A stretch of DNA of 37,535 nucleotides from Sphaeroforma arctica JP610 (taxonomy: Eukaryota). Position numbers and translations under genes: made by a program. Of the stretch, positions 1-10,800 are shown piece by piece; position 1 is the first letter of the stretch; every line of letters begins with the position of its first letter. The stretch covers positions 213,801 through 251,335 of the forward strand of contig NW_014040553.1 of assembly GCF_001186125.1 (NCBI RefSeq). The letters are read 5' to 3'. The notes under the pieces are model-generated. The model was not told the DNA's origin. It searched no databases and saw nothing but the letters and a program-made list of their open reading frames with translations.

Positions 1-87
1 ACTCATTTCGTTTATTTATTTCGAGTTTAACTATACTTAGACTTAACCTAAGCGTTTAATTACTCTAAGGCGTTTATATCGCCTTGA

Positions 88-95
88 TAGACCGA
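88..95 (+). repeat. 8-bp direct repeat TAGACCGA, left copy
   Basis: Identical to 3746-3753; seen directly. Confidence 0.7.
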
Positions 96-870
96 ATCTT
101 ACAGTGCCATGTGACATGTTGCCGGGCCGTGAGTCCGTGAGCTGTACAGTGCGGATGAAGAATCGACAGATTTTCTCTATGGATTTATCATCGGGTGGCG
201 TGTTTAAGTCGAACGCTGGGCCCGGATGTCCTGTTCGATTGTCAAAGGCATCGGGAAGATGTTCCACGAGGAACGCAAATGTCTCGGGGTCAAATGGTCG
301 GTGGATCAGAAGGGTCACTTTAGACCGGTTGCCCCGCTTTTTCTTCTTGAGGTCGATGATTTTGGACTGTGATTCTGGCACAAACGTAAAGGAGTCTAAC
401 TCGAAGGTGCGCGAAGTGTGACGACGCGCGCCGCACAACCAGAAGAGGGCGATGAGAGCTCGCCAGTCCGCTCGGAGTCCCTCTGTTCGGAGAAGGACGA
501 CAATCCAGTCGGCCAGTATCTTTAACTGTCGTGGGGCGGCAGTCGTGGGGCGGTAGCAGTGTGGTGTTCCCAATACAAATTGGAGCTATCCCTGGATGGC
601 CTGGCGCCATTAATCGTCGGAAATCACTGAGAGGCCTTGTACTCGTGCAGAACTGTTGAGTGCTGCCCGAAACTGCCGTATCTTGTTCGGGTGGCATCCT
701 TCGTAGAAGCAGTAGACCAAAAAAATGAGTATTTGGTCTCTGTTGGGAATCACCGCCTCCACGTGATACTTTTCGACATACCGTTGCCAGTACTGTAACG
801 CAATATCTTAATTGCGTTGCATGCCTTGAGCAAGCCCCCCATTGGCTATTTAGCGTAGCACAGCGCCTTA
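88..870 (-). pseudogene. Tyrosine recombinase: core-binding domain and box I part of the catalytic domain; C-terminus not present here
   Basis: Manual translation: GLAQGMQRN*DIALQYWQRYVEK...PNRDQILIFLVY...KIRQFRAALNS...WRQAIQG*LQF...RALIALFWLCGARRHT...DLKKKKRG...GPAF...SHGTVRFGL. Stops at 810-808, 612-610 and 588-586. No H/W-Y catalytic end before the ORF stops at 43. Confidence 0.8.
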
Positions 871-873
871 GTC

Positions 874-2746
874 TTAGGGGTTGTAGGGCATTGCTGCGTA
901 CAGTCGAGCACGGGGTGTATCGCGGCCTAATGCCTGAGCCATGGATGATGGCTAGTGGACGGCTCCTGGGTCGAGGATGGTGAGGTCTTGTCTGTGACGT
1001 ACTACGTGAGGCCACCAGATGGCCTTCTCTCATATGGGGATGATCAGCATTATTTGCTGTAGGCGGTGGTCTAGTTGTTGAAAGATCTTTTACCTAGCAT
1101 GGGTTTTAGAGGGGCCAGTAGCTCCAACGTCTGATCCCACTCCGAGTGGTAGGGATTAGCAAATCGCACATGTGCGTGGTGCTTTGTTGAGGTAATAGGA
1201 GTCGGGATACGGCCGATCCTGTGGGCTGGGAGTGATGTGCCACTGTTTGAATATTTGAAAAACAGTGGATGACGTCACAGTCCAATGATATTGGAGCAGA
1301 GAGCCCTGTCTCGAGAGAATATCTGCTGCCAGGTTCAGTTTCCCAGGCATGTAACCCAGTGTGACTGGCCACTGGGTGTTGTGTTTGTGACAATACCAGA
1401 CGAGTCTCCTCAGCTGGGCGTTCATAAGCTGAGCTTGGCTGCGTCGCTTCCGAAAGGCGTGTAGTGCCGTCGTGGAGTCTGTGAGCCATAGGAGGGGCGT
1501 CGATCCAGTATTGTGGTGTTGATGAAAGAACTCGAACGCCAGGATGAGACCTTTTAGTTCGAGAACGGGTATGGGCCATCGTTGCTCGGTTGGAGACCAA
1601 CTGCCGGCGAACGTGCTGGTTTCCTGGTTCCAGTGTAAGGTGGCGCCGTATCCCGTCTTGGAGGCATCGGATGTTATCGTTGCCTGGTGGACTGGGACCT
1701 AGATTTGTCGAGTTTCGTAAATCTCTATGAGCAATGTCCTTCGCTCTATTTTTCGAAATGCGGCCCCTGATAGGCGAATATGACTGGAGCGCGTCTAAGG
1801 AGTCGTTTGTTGCAGATCTGCGATGAATGGACGTAAGCCAAGTACGAAGAAGGCTGCCCAGTGAAGGCAGTCTAAGTACGATTGCTAGAGTCTCATTTGG
1901 ATCTTGCGCTGTTTCTGGAGTCCCATTACTCTGATCGCTGCTCCGAGTCGGAGTAGTTTCTCCTTGAATTCTTGGGTCATCATTATTTTGTTTTTGAAAA
2001 AGTCGATGATTACACCGAGGTGCTATAGGCGGGTCACTGGATGAATCCAATGACCCTTGCCTTGGGCGAATTCCAGCCCTAGTATCTTGAACAGGTGGAC
2101 GACCTGTCTGCGGTGTCGTAGTATGATTCGTCTTGTTCTGCCGAGGAGAAGAAGGTCGTCCACATAATATAATTCCGATCCCCAATGATCGCAGTGCTTT
2201 CCGGACGACATGCTTTAGTAGATTGAACCACGCCGGGGAGAAGGATGCCCCCATCAGTAGGGCGAGGATACACCTTAGTTGTCCGGTGTGGTCCGAAATT
2301 GCCAGAGACGGGGATTGGCTACAGCGAATGCATAAAATCCGTTCTTTATGTCGGCGGTCATAGCTACATCCCCCCTCCTGGCAACTTCTGCCAATCGTTC
2401 GAGTCCTTCGGCTCTGAATTTCTTCATGTCGGCGTGTTGATTGATACTCTCCGGATTCAGTATCAGTCGAGCTCGAACTCCGTCGGATTTTAGTATCATA
2501 AATGCCGGATGGACGAGATACGCTTCTGATTCCTGGCATTTCCTGATTATCCCGTTCGTCTGTAAGCCAGTTAACTCTGTCTGGATCATTGGGTTGGTCA
2601 CGAGGTCCCAGAGGCCCCTAAGTCGGCCGTACGACATACTTGGTTGCTTCCAGAACCTCCCTGTTGGCGCCTTGCTCCCTCCATGTGCTTAAGACACTTC
2701 TGACCTATTGATGGAGCGGAGTGGGCGCGGGCGACTTACTTGTCAT
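874..2746 (-). pseudogene. pol: reverse transcriptase + RNase H + adenine-methyltransferase-like C-terminus
   Basis: ATG at 2746. TWREQGANREVLEA resembles the DIRS-type pol N-terminus; RT motifs at ~2500-1990; RNase H at ~1680-1310; FANPYH and LIIPI*EKAIWWP at ~1163-1009; TAA at 876-874. In-frame TAG at 2707, 2620, 2025, 1887, 1797, 1701 and 954, TGA at 1032; frameshifts near 2600, 2290, 2175, 1165 and 1090. Confidence 0.9.
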
Positions 2747-3050
2747 CGTTCTTGCCGTCTTTATCTTTTGGCTTGCCGCCCTTTCTGTCCCCTGGCTTGT
2801 CGTCTATCTCGTGGAGACGCTTCTTCGTGGCACGTACGTGGTTAGATATAAGCAAAGAGTTCCGATGCTGGGGTCGAACCTGACACTCTATTGTGGCAGC
2901 AAAGTCCGGTCCTTCTTGAACGCGAAGCTATTTGAGTTTAGCGACCTGCCCTTGATCGAGAATCACAGCAATGATGAGTCCTTTATAGGCCTCTTCGCGA
3001 TGTTCTGCTGACAGATGTAAACTTCGATGGATATTTCTATGTTTTAAACT
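2736..3050 (-). pseudogene. ORF1 (gag-like) C-terminal remnant
   Basis: HLSAEHREEAYKGLIIAVILDQGQVAKLK*LRVQEGPDFAATIE...KPGDRKGGKPKDKDGKNDDK*. Its last codons overlap the pol ATG (GATGACAAGTAA), an ORF1/pol overlap typical of YR elements. Identity is inferred from position only. Confidence 0.5.
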
Positions 3051-3585
3051 GTGTTATATAAACTAAGATACAATTTAAGTCAGTTAGGATTTAGCAGTGG
3101 TAACTTGTGTAAGAATGATCGGGACTGCCTCTTGGTATTAGCCTTAATATCCTCGATCACACAGGACGTACCCCTAGCTGTTCTTTATTGAATGATTTCA
3201 CTCGAAGCACTAAGTGTTCATGACCACATGTCTACTTTGTAGATAGACGTAAGAACGCAAGTCAAGTTAATACATTAGCTAATATAAATAAAGTTCCATC
3301 CGAAGAAAAGTTATAAAAAGAAAAAGACGTATTGGATTTTGGAGATTGGCGGGAAGACCAAAACCTGTAAGTAGTAGTTCAGAGATTATAAAATTTAGTT
3401 TATAATACCGTACATCTACTATCGTCTCAAATAGGTCCAAGTAAATGAGTCATACCAAATACTCAGGCTTTTGGAGCCATCAAAGTGAATTTAGAACACT
3501 TTGGAAATATTGGAAAAAGAACTTGTATTAAATTACTTTAAATACAAATAGAAACCAATGTGTTATCTCATTTGATCTTGATATT

Positions 3586-3748
3586 TTAGACTGACCGGAG
3601 GCCATATTTCTACACAAACCTCCTAAATGGATCTGTTTTAGTCCATAGGCGAGAAAATTCGCCCAATTGAGAATGTTGTCGAGCTTCTTGATTACTGGCG
3701 TCCTTGACCTTTATACCGCGGCGGAGTCTGGATGGGTGCGTCGGCTAG

Positions 3749-3753
<5 letters not shown>
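3586..3753 (-). pseudogene. Candidate C-terminal (box II) fragment of the tyrosine recombinase, at the element's 5' end
   Basis: Starts at the shared GGT CTA (G-L) codons and continues ADAPIQ. A shifted frame gives RLRRG...LGEFSRLWTKTDPFRRFV (W..+9 F; TTT is one change from Tyr TAT); another gives IKKLDNILNWANFLAY. At least one frameshift is needed. Confidence 0.45.
3746..3753 (+). repeat. 8-bp direct repeat TAGACCGA, right copy, abutting (TA)n
   Basis: Identical to 88-95; seen directly. Confidence 0.7.

Positions 3754-3795
<42 letters not shown>
3753..3795. repeat. (TA)n microsatellite
   Basis: Pure AT dinucleotide run. Confidence 0.97.
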
Positions 3796-3797
<2 letters not shown>

Positions 3798-3827
3798 TAC
3801 GTACGACGAACGACGACACGAAGGTAG

Positions 3828-4558
3828 NNNNNNNNNNNNNNNNNNNNNNNNNNNNNNNNNNNNNNNNNNNNNNNNNNNNNNNNNNNNNNNNNNNNNNNNN
3901 NNNNNNNNNNNNNNNNNNNNNNNNNNNNNNNNNNNNNNNNNNNNNNNNNNNNNNNNNNNNNNNNNNNNNNNNNNNNNNNNNNNNNNNNNNNNNNNNNNNN
4001 NNNNNNNNNNNNNNNNNNNNNNNNNNNNNNNNNNNNNNNNNNNNNNNNNNNNNNNNNNNNNNNNNNNNNNNNNNNNNNNNNNNNNNNNNNNNNNNNNNNN
4101 NNNNNNNNNNNNNNNNNNNNNNNNNNNNNNNNNNNNNNNNNNNNNNNNNNNNNNNNNNNNNNNNNNNNNNNNNNNNNNNNNNNNNNNNNNNNNNNNNNNN
4201 NNNNNNNNNNNNNNNNNNNNNNNNNNNNNNNNNNNNNNNNNNNNNNNNNNNNNNNNNNNNNNNNNNNNNNNNNNNNNNNNNNNNNNNNNNNNNNNNNNNN
4301 NNNNNNNNNNNNNNNNNNNNNNNNNNNNNNNNNNNNNNNNNNNNNNNNNNNNNNNNNNNNNNNNNNNNNNNNNNNNNNNNNNNNNNNNNNNNNNNNNNNN
4401 NNNNNNNNNNNNNNNNNNNNNNNNNNNNNNNNNNNNNNNNNNNNNNNNNNNNNNNNNNNNNNNNNNNNNNNNNNNNNNNNNNNNNNNNNNNNNNNNNNNN
4501 NNNNNNNNNNNNNNNNNNNNNNNNNNNNNNNNNNNNNNNNNNNNNNNNNNNNNNNNNN
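3828..4558. other. Assembly gap (N)
   Basis: Run of N. Confidence 1.
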
Positions 4559-4658
<100 letters not shown>

Positions 4659-4859
4659 CATGAGAATCACACGGCGGAGCAGCGAAGCACATAGCACCAC
4701 TGTGTCATTTTTCGCAGGCTAGTTTAGATTGAAGACGATATGTCCACCCTTGAATTGCCACCGTCTGATATGAAGTTTTCAGTACGGCTGAAAAGCTGTA
4801 AAACGAATTACAATAGATCCAACTACCACTGACTTCGCGATATAGATTGGACTTTAAAC

Positions 4860-7800
4860 TCAAACCCAAGCTTGCCACCCAGCAAACATGATGCTAAGCA
4901 ACTTGGGATCTTGCGCCTCCTGCACCACAAGTAAAAATCGAAAAGTTTAAAATAAAATCAATTCTTAGCATCTGCTGGGAAATGATCATCTATTCACGCT
5001 ACTACCAATTGGTGAACATTAGTGATGATAAACCCTACTAGCAAGATTTCTCGTCTCTGGATATGCGAATATTTTAAAAGGCATTGAAATAACGTGATTT
5101 TTACGTGTTCGGCAAATCAAGCAGGTGTCAAACCCTGCACGGTCTACATCGCAAAATAGACGATGCTTAATCTCCTCATTGCGGAGCACGTACAGCTATG
5201 AGGTTATAACTTATCATGAACACAAATCGTAGAAAAAAAACATCGGCATCAACAGCGAAGCTCACAGAGAACAAGTAGCTTACACCCTTGACACCAAACA
5301 CTTCGTGCTTAAGAGAAAAATGAAACCAAGCTCGAGTTTGCTACCTGAAAATAATTTCACAATAGCCAGACATTGTACAATCGCCCATCAAGAATCATGC
5401 CGCGTACGAGGTTAAATGTAGATTTCGATTTACAGCAAAATATAGAAGAAAAAAACACCTCACCTTAATAAGGTGATCGACTTGACCTCGTATAGTGTAA
5501 GAAATACCCTGCTCCCTTCCGCTCATTTTATCCTGCAGGTTGAATATGAATTTATATAGTCGTCAGCTACGCACTAGCGGTTAATATATGATGTTAAAGC
5601 TCCATTCTAGGATCAGAACGAAAAAACTAAAAGAAATTGAGCTTAGATCGATTTCTAGCATCTGCAAACTTCAATGAGCAGCACGTCAGCCGCCTCGCGT
5701 ACGTTCTGATTCAATGTCGCTTTTACAATCGCGCACGATGATATGGCGCCAACGTTCTGCTAGATAGATGAAATGTACAGAATAGTATAACAGATAGAGA
5801 CTCGCACAAGGAAGGAGTGACAAAAAAAAAGCCGAAGTATAGGACACGTCCCATGGTTCTGATTAGCCTTTTACAAGGATCTTTAACTAAGACGTATTTA
5901 TCAGCACTAGATAATACAGACGAACTCATTCGAAATATACAGCACCTTTGGCATCCCAAATGGCTACCGCGGTCGTGTAAATGAGTAGCAGAATCGAGTA
6001 GTGTATAATAGCACCTAATGGGCGTTCAAAAATAGAATATTCATAGCCATCGCCGAATATGAGCATATTGCCTACCTTCAAACGAAGTAGTATTCGATGT
6101 CCTTTGGTAGTATTCCGGGGTTCTTCGCCCTGTTTAGACTTGATCGATTTGGCACTGGGAGCAACCACAGCGGACTCTTGCGTATTCGATCTTTGCATAT
6201 TCATAGCCTGTAGCGAAGTGTGGCATTTGATTTCAATTAGCTGCAAGTGCTAATATGTGATAGCCTGAAAACTGGTAATCAGACAAAATCGTTAACTTCG
6301 ATACATTGGCCACAATCATCTCGGGTATTTGAAAGTAGGAGAATGGGAGATTTCAGATCTTAGAGTAAAAAAATTGTGCTACTAGTGTCTGCCTCAAGTT
6401 ACAATTCTGGACATTTGCTATAACAATAAAATTCCACTCCGACTACTGGTATATACGAGCATACTGGAGAATGATGACTTGATGCATACCTTGGTCGTAT
6501 CCAAAGACCAAGTGTGTAGCGGATCGTGTATGAATACATCCAAAATGGTCAACAGGAGCGCCTGGTTTTCGCGAATTACGCCCATCACATGCTCGCAGCA
6601 GCGTCGGAACACGCCCTCGACACCTTGAATGCCCATCCCGTCTATTAAGTCTCTCGTGAGTCTGAACGGAACAAGTTCAGGCATAGGCAATTGTTTGCCT
6701 TGCTCAAAGCCGATCCCCAGATCTATGTGTATCAGTTGAGCCGTCTGCGTGACATATTTGAGGGGTTTGTTAATATAAAAATATGTTTCAGTGATGTGAT
6801 CTGCATCGATGGAAAAATAGCACCAAACACCCTGCAGGTCCACCGGACACGTTAGTAGATTATCAACTAACGAAATCAATTTTAGCTTCGCCATTGTATA
6901 AATATCTCCCGTGCAGCCTTTCAAAGCAAGCACCCTGCTAATATGGCGGAGTGTCCCAGCAACATACAAAGAGAAAGTGCAAGAAAAGTCGGTACTCTCC
7001 ATAGTTTCAAGGAATGGGGGCGAACTAAGCGCAACAACGCATGGCGTGAACTACGAGAAAATACAAGAACATTGAACAGCTTTTAATTTGAGACTACGAT
7101 GACGGATACTGATTTACCACATACGCACTACACGTTATTATATATAACATTTGAATATCTGTTGATTACTGCAAGTCATTGTGAACATTTTATAACATAA
7201 ATTAAAGTACTGCCTCATTGTGTACACACGTGGCACAGTCGACATTTTGCACATTATTGTACGTAGATTCCACCTGGCGTCATCACAGAATATTTATGTA
7301 GACCATACACGAAACTCATGTATCACTCAATAGAACACCATCATTATGAAAAACCAGCAACGTCCAAGCAAGATAAGGGTATACATTTAGATCCCTTATC
7401 CTTCTCAACATACCTTCAGATCTATGAGGATGTTGCTCGGATGCCTATCGCCCAGACCTAGAATGTAACCAATTATCGAGCTAGCGGCTATACTGCGCGT
7501 GTACTGCAGTCGCTTATCAAACCAGTCCATCGGGTCCGGGAATTTCTCAAGGAAGAAACACCGGAACACTGGATGAAAGTTCTTACAGCACTCTTCAAAC
7601 GTGTTTAGCTTGATGCGGTCGTCGCTGTCAGACACCTTAGACATCTTTTCGCGCACCGATCGTGTGTGCCAATCCTGTGGTCGTACACGTTGATGCGCAC
7701 CTATGGGTAAAAATCATATAATCGAATTGAGAATAGGCATGTAGCGCGTAATTTTCAACCAGATACAACTTATGGGTACATGTACAATTCATACGGCCCG

Positions 7801-10800
7801 TTTGAGAACAGATATGCAACATTGCTTGTACAATCACATACAATCGCAGTGCGTAGGTGTGTGGGTGTGCTTGGGGAGGGGGTTGAATGTGGCTTCGCAA
7901 CACGGTAGACCTTCACCATTACCTTTTATCCACCAAGCTTCTATCGGTCTTCTGGATACCCGGTTCAGGCATCTCATACTGTCACGCTAGGCGCAATTTA
8001 CAGCACTAATACAGTATCAGGCCTTCATATGAAAATTTTCGGGTCGAGTGCTTCGGTTACAACAAACAGGCACACTTCACAATACTTTAGAATATTCAAA
8101 TCGCAAAGGAACGAATATGCACGATCCATTTCGTAAGGCCGAGAGTACGAATGCGTACGCCCATAATCAACAAAAATATCAAGTAACCACTGGCGGTCCG
8201 GAGCACTTGCCATTACAACGTACCGTTGTTAGCGTTCCGGCCAGATCCAACCAAGTATTCACTCAGTGGTGTAGTCTGCATCGCCCATTCAAGAACGCCT
8301 GTTTGCGGTGACAGCGGAACCACGTTGTACGTTCGCACAATCAGATTGCGCTTCTTAGTATCGCTATTTTTCACCATAAGTTTGTTCACCATGCGAAAGA
8401 CTTGTTGCATAACTGCATCCTGCGAGTGCATGACAGAATATATGGATTTAATTTACAAACAGTGACCACCATTTGAGCCACATACAGGATGCAAAATCAA
8501 CTTAAACGGTATAGGTTTTGCAGTGGCGTACACTATCAAGACATGCAGCGTTACAAACAAAAACAAGCTCTTGAAGCACACATATACTAGAACCGTGATA
8601 TAATCGCTGGACTATTCGCCGGCATAGCACTCCAGAATACAATAGCGAACCATGTCACAGTGGGCAGCATCGGAAGTTAAATTGTTTCCATACGTTCAAA
8701 ACATTCATATGACTATTCACAAGTGTACTTGTATAGTCGCACGCAGCTTATATGTAAACTCCCGTTCACACTCAAAGATATCATGATAGTATAGACAAGA
8801 CTATTGCAGAAATGATATGTACCTGTCTAAGATCATCAAGATCCTTCACTAACTGTTTGTACTTCACACCGTCACTGCCCAGGCAATCGATTTGCTTTGG
8901 CTTGTGCAAGCCCCCAACGAGGTTGTATCGTTTGGAAAAACTGTGAATACGAATTATATCCTTGTACACAGCCATGGGGTCGACTGGCGGTGGGCAAGTA
9001 GTGATGGGTATCCTCAATTGCTGTATGTGCATGTTCGAAGCGTGTCGATCAATTGACTGGCATTCAATCAAACAGTCTTACAAAAACAACGGTGTAGATA
9101 AAACTACGAAAAAAATACAATAAGCCCGGCGCTAGTAGCGTGATAAAGACATGACAGCAGTATTGATTTAGCTATACTAGTATCGTTCATTCGGTTTGGA
9201 CCACCAATGTAGGTATCTGAATGAACAACTGCACGACACTGTGAAAAATAGCATAGGTGTCCATCCTATTCAATAATGCCCAATGCAAACAAACATGTCG
9301 ACAAGAGAGTCAGGCGAATATAGCGACAGCGGATCAGGCACTGACAACAAATAGGACGCACGCACGAACTAACAGTGGTTATACATGATCATATTATATT
9401 AATAAGTGTTCTCATGCGTTATTGCTACAGCCAGTAATTCACAAACTCAGAATCGAAAATGGCGTCATATTAACGAGTGAGCGTTTGAGCGAACATACCT
9501 TCACTTGCATGATGGGATCGTTTTCTGACAAAGTGTCGAAGCCCATTGTTGTTGCCTGAATGGAATAGGGAAGAAAATCCCTGTCTTCTGAATAAACGTC
9601 GCTCATTTTCGAAAACCAATTAGAACAGTTAACAGTTCGTAAGCATACTATTGAACAGATAGCATACGAGACTATGGATAGCATTTATACCGATTTTAGA
9701 GGTATATACAGTTCGCTCCGGGCCGGCACGTGGATTTATCGTCAGTACAATCGCATCGAAAATCTATATTAACATAAACTTATATTTGTAAATGCTACAC
9801 CAAAAAGTCAACTTATATTTAGTGATGCCAAGCACATTATTATAGTTGGATAAGATTTAATCTAATTAGAATAAAAGTGTCAGGTTCACCAAAACACTCA
9901 CCGTCTTTGGCACGTGAACCTTAGCCAGGGCATGGTACGCGTTGCTCAGGGATAAGGTGTCCTGCACTATATGACTGATTTTGCTCTCCTTCCCAAGTTC
10001 ATGCAGCATTTTCTTGGCAGCGTTTACCTAAACAGGAAGTAATGATAGAAATCGTCAGATTGAATTTGTGCGCCGACGGATCGCGCGGGTATCGGTGAAC
10101 TTGTATATAGCCGGTATATACGAGACATAATATTGCACAATCAGAATATACACATGTGTACTCCAAGTTAACTGCATAATACAATACGCACACGAACAAG
10201 TGAAGTATATACTAATTTTGTGAAAGCAAGCAGGAACGATCATCTGGGAAATCAATCTAGAATCTCAAAGGTGACTACGAAACCATGACTCAAAAAAATT
10301 ACACCGGCTAGGCGATAAATACAACCCAAATGAAATACCCGTGTGTCCTATGGCAGCACTACACACGTGGTCGCCAGAGCTTCTAGTGTTGTGTGACGGA
10401 CTGTACTATTCTCGAAAGCAAGGTGTCGATAATCCAAAATCGAGCCGGACCCCGTATACTCTTAAACACATGAGGGTACGAGATCTCCAATTCAAAGCCG
10501 CAGATGATAAGGTATGATTATAAAGGAGCTCGTTCAATGATATACGCGGTCTATATACTTTAAAGTACAGTTGCGGTTCAAACCTTATCCATGGATGAAT
10601 TCACGTCTGAATTTTTCAAAGCGTAGATGACAGTCAACCCGTGAAACGGATGTTCGGCGCATAGCTGTAAAAGTTAAGAAGTCGTGGTGTAGTAAGCTTT
10701 GAGTAGCCTACAGCAACAACTCACGTGTGCACCAGAAGACAGAAGAAAATAATTGTATACAATAAGGATGATAGTAGGCTATATATATAATTTTTTTGAA

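Larger units (their letters stand above)
88..3753 (-). mobile_element. Degenerate tyrosine-recombinase retrotransposon (DIRS/Ngaro class), possibly circularly permuted
   Basis: Co-oriented gag-like remnant, RT (DIKNGF, LMGASFSPAWF, YYVDDLLL), RNase H (ITSDASKTGYGA, LELKG, LTDS, MPGKLNLAADILSR), MT-like tail and YR (LFWLCGARR). About 12 premature stops and several frameshifts. Ends are set at the 8-bp direct repeat TAGACCGA, where sequence changes to AT-rich DNA on the left and (TA)n on the right; ends are inferred. Confidence 0.9.

Noticed and set aside
2860..2890. GGTTCGACCC tRNA T-loop-like motif on the minus strand
   Set aside because: Flanks do not form a T-stem or cloverleaf, and it lies inside the gag-like frame.
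586..2930. TAG reassigned to a sense codon in the retroelement or host
   Set aside because: Host LRR1 ends in TAG and no host exon contains an in-frame TAG. The element also has TAA/TGA stops at Tyr/Trp-like sites and frameshifts, so decay explains it.
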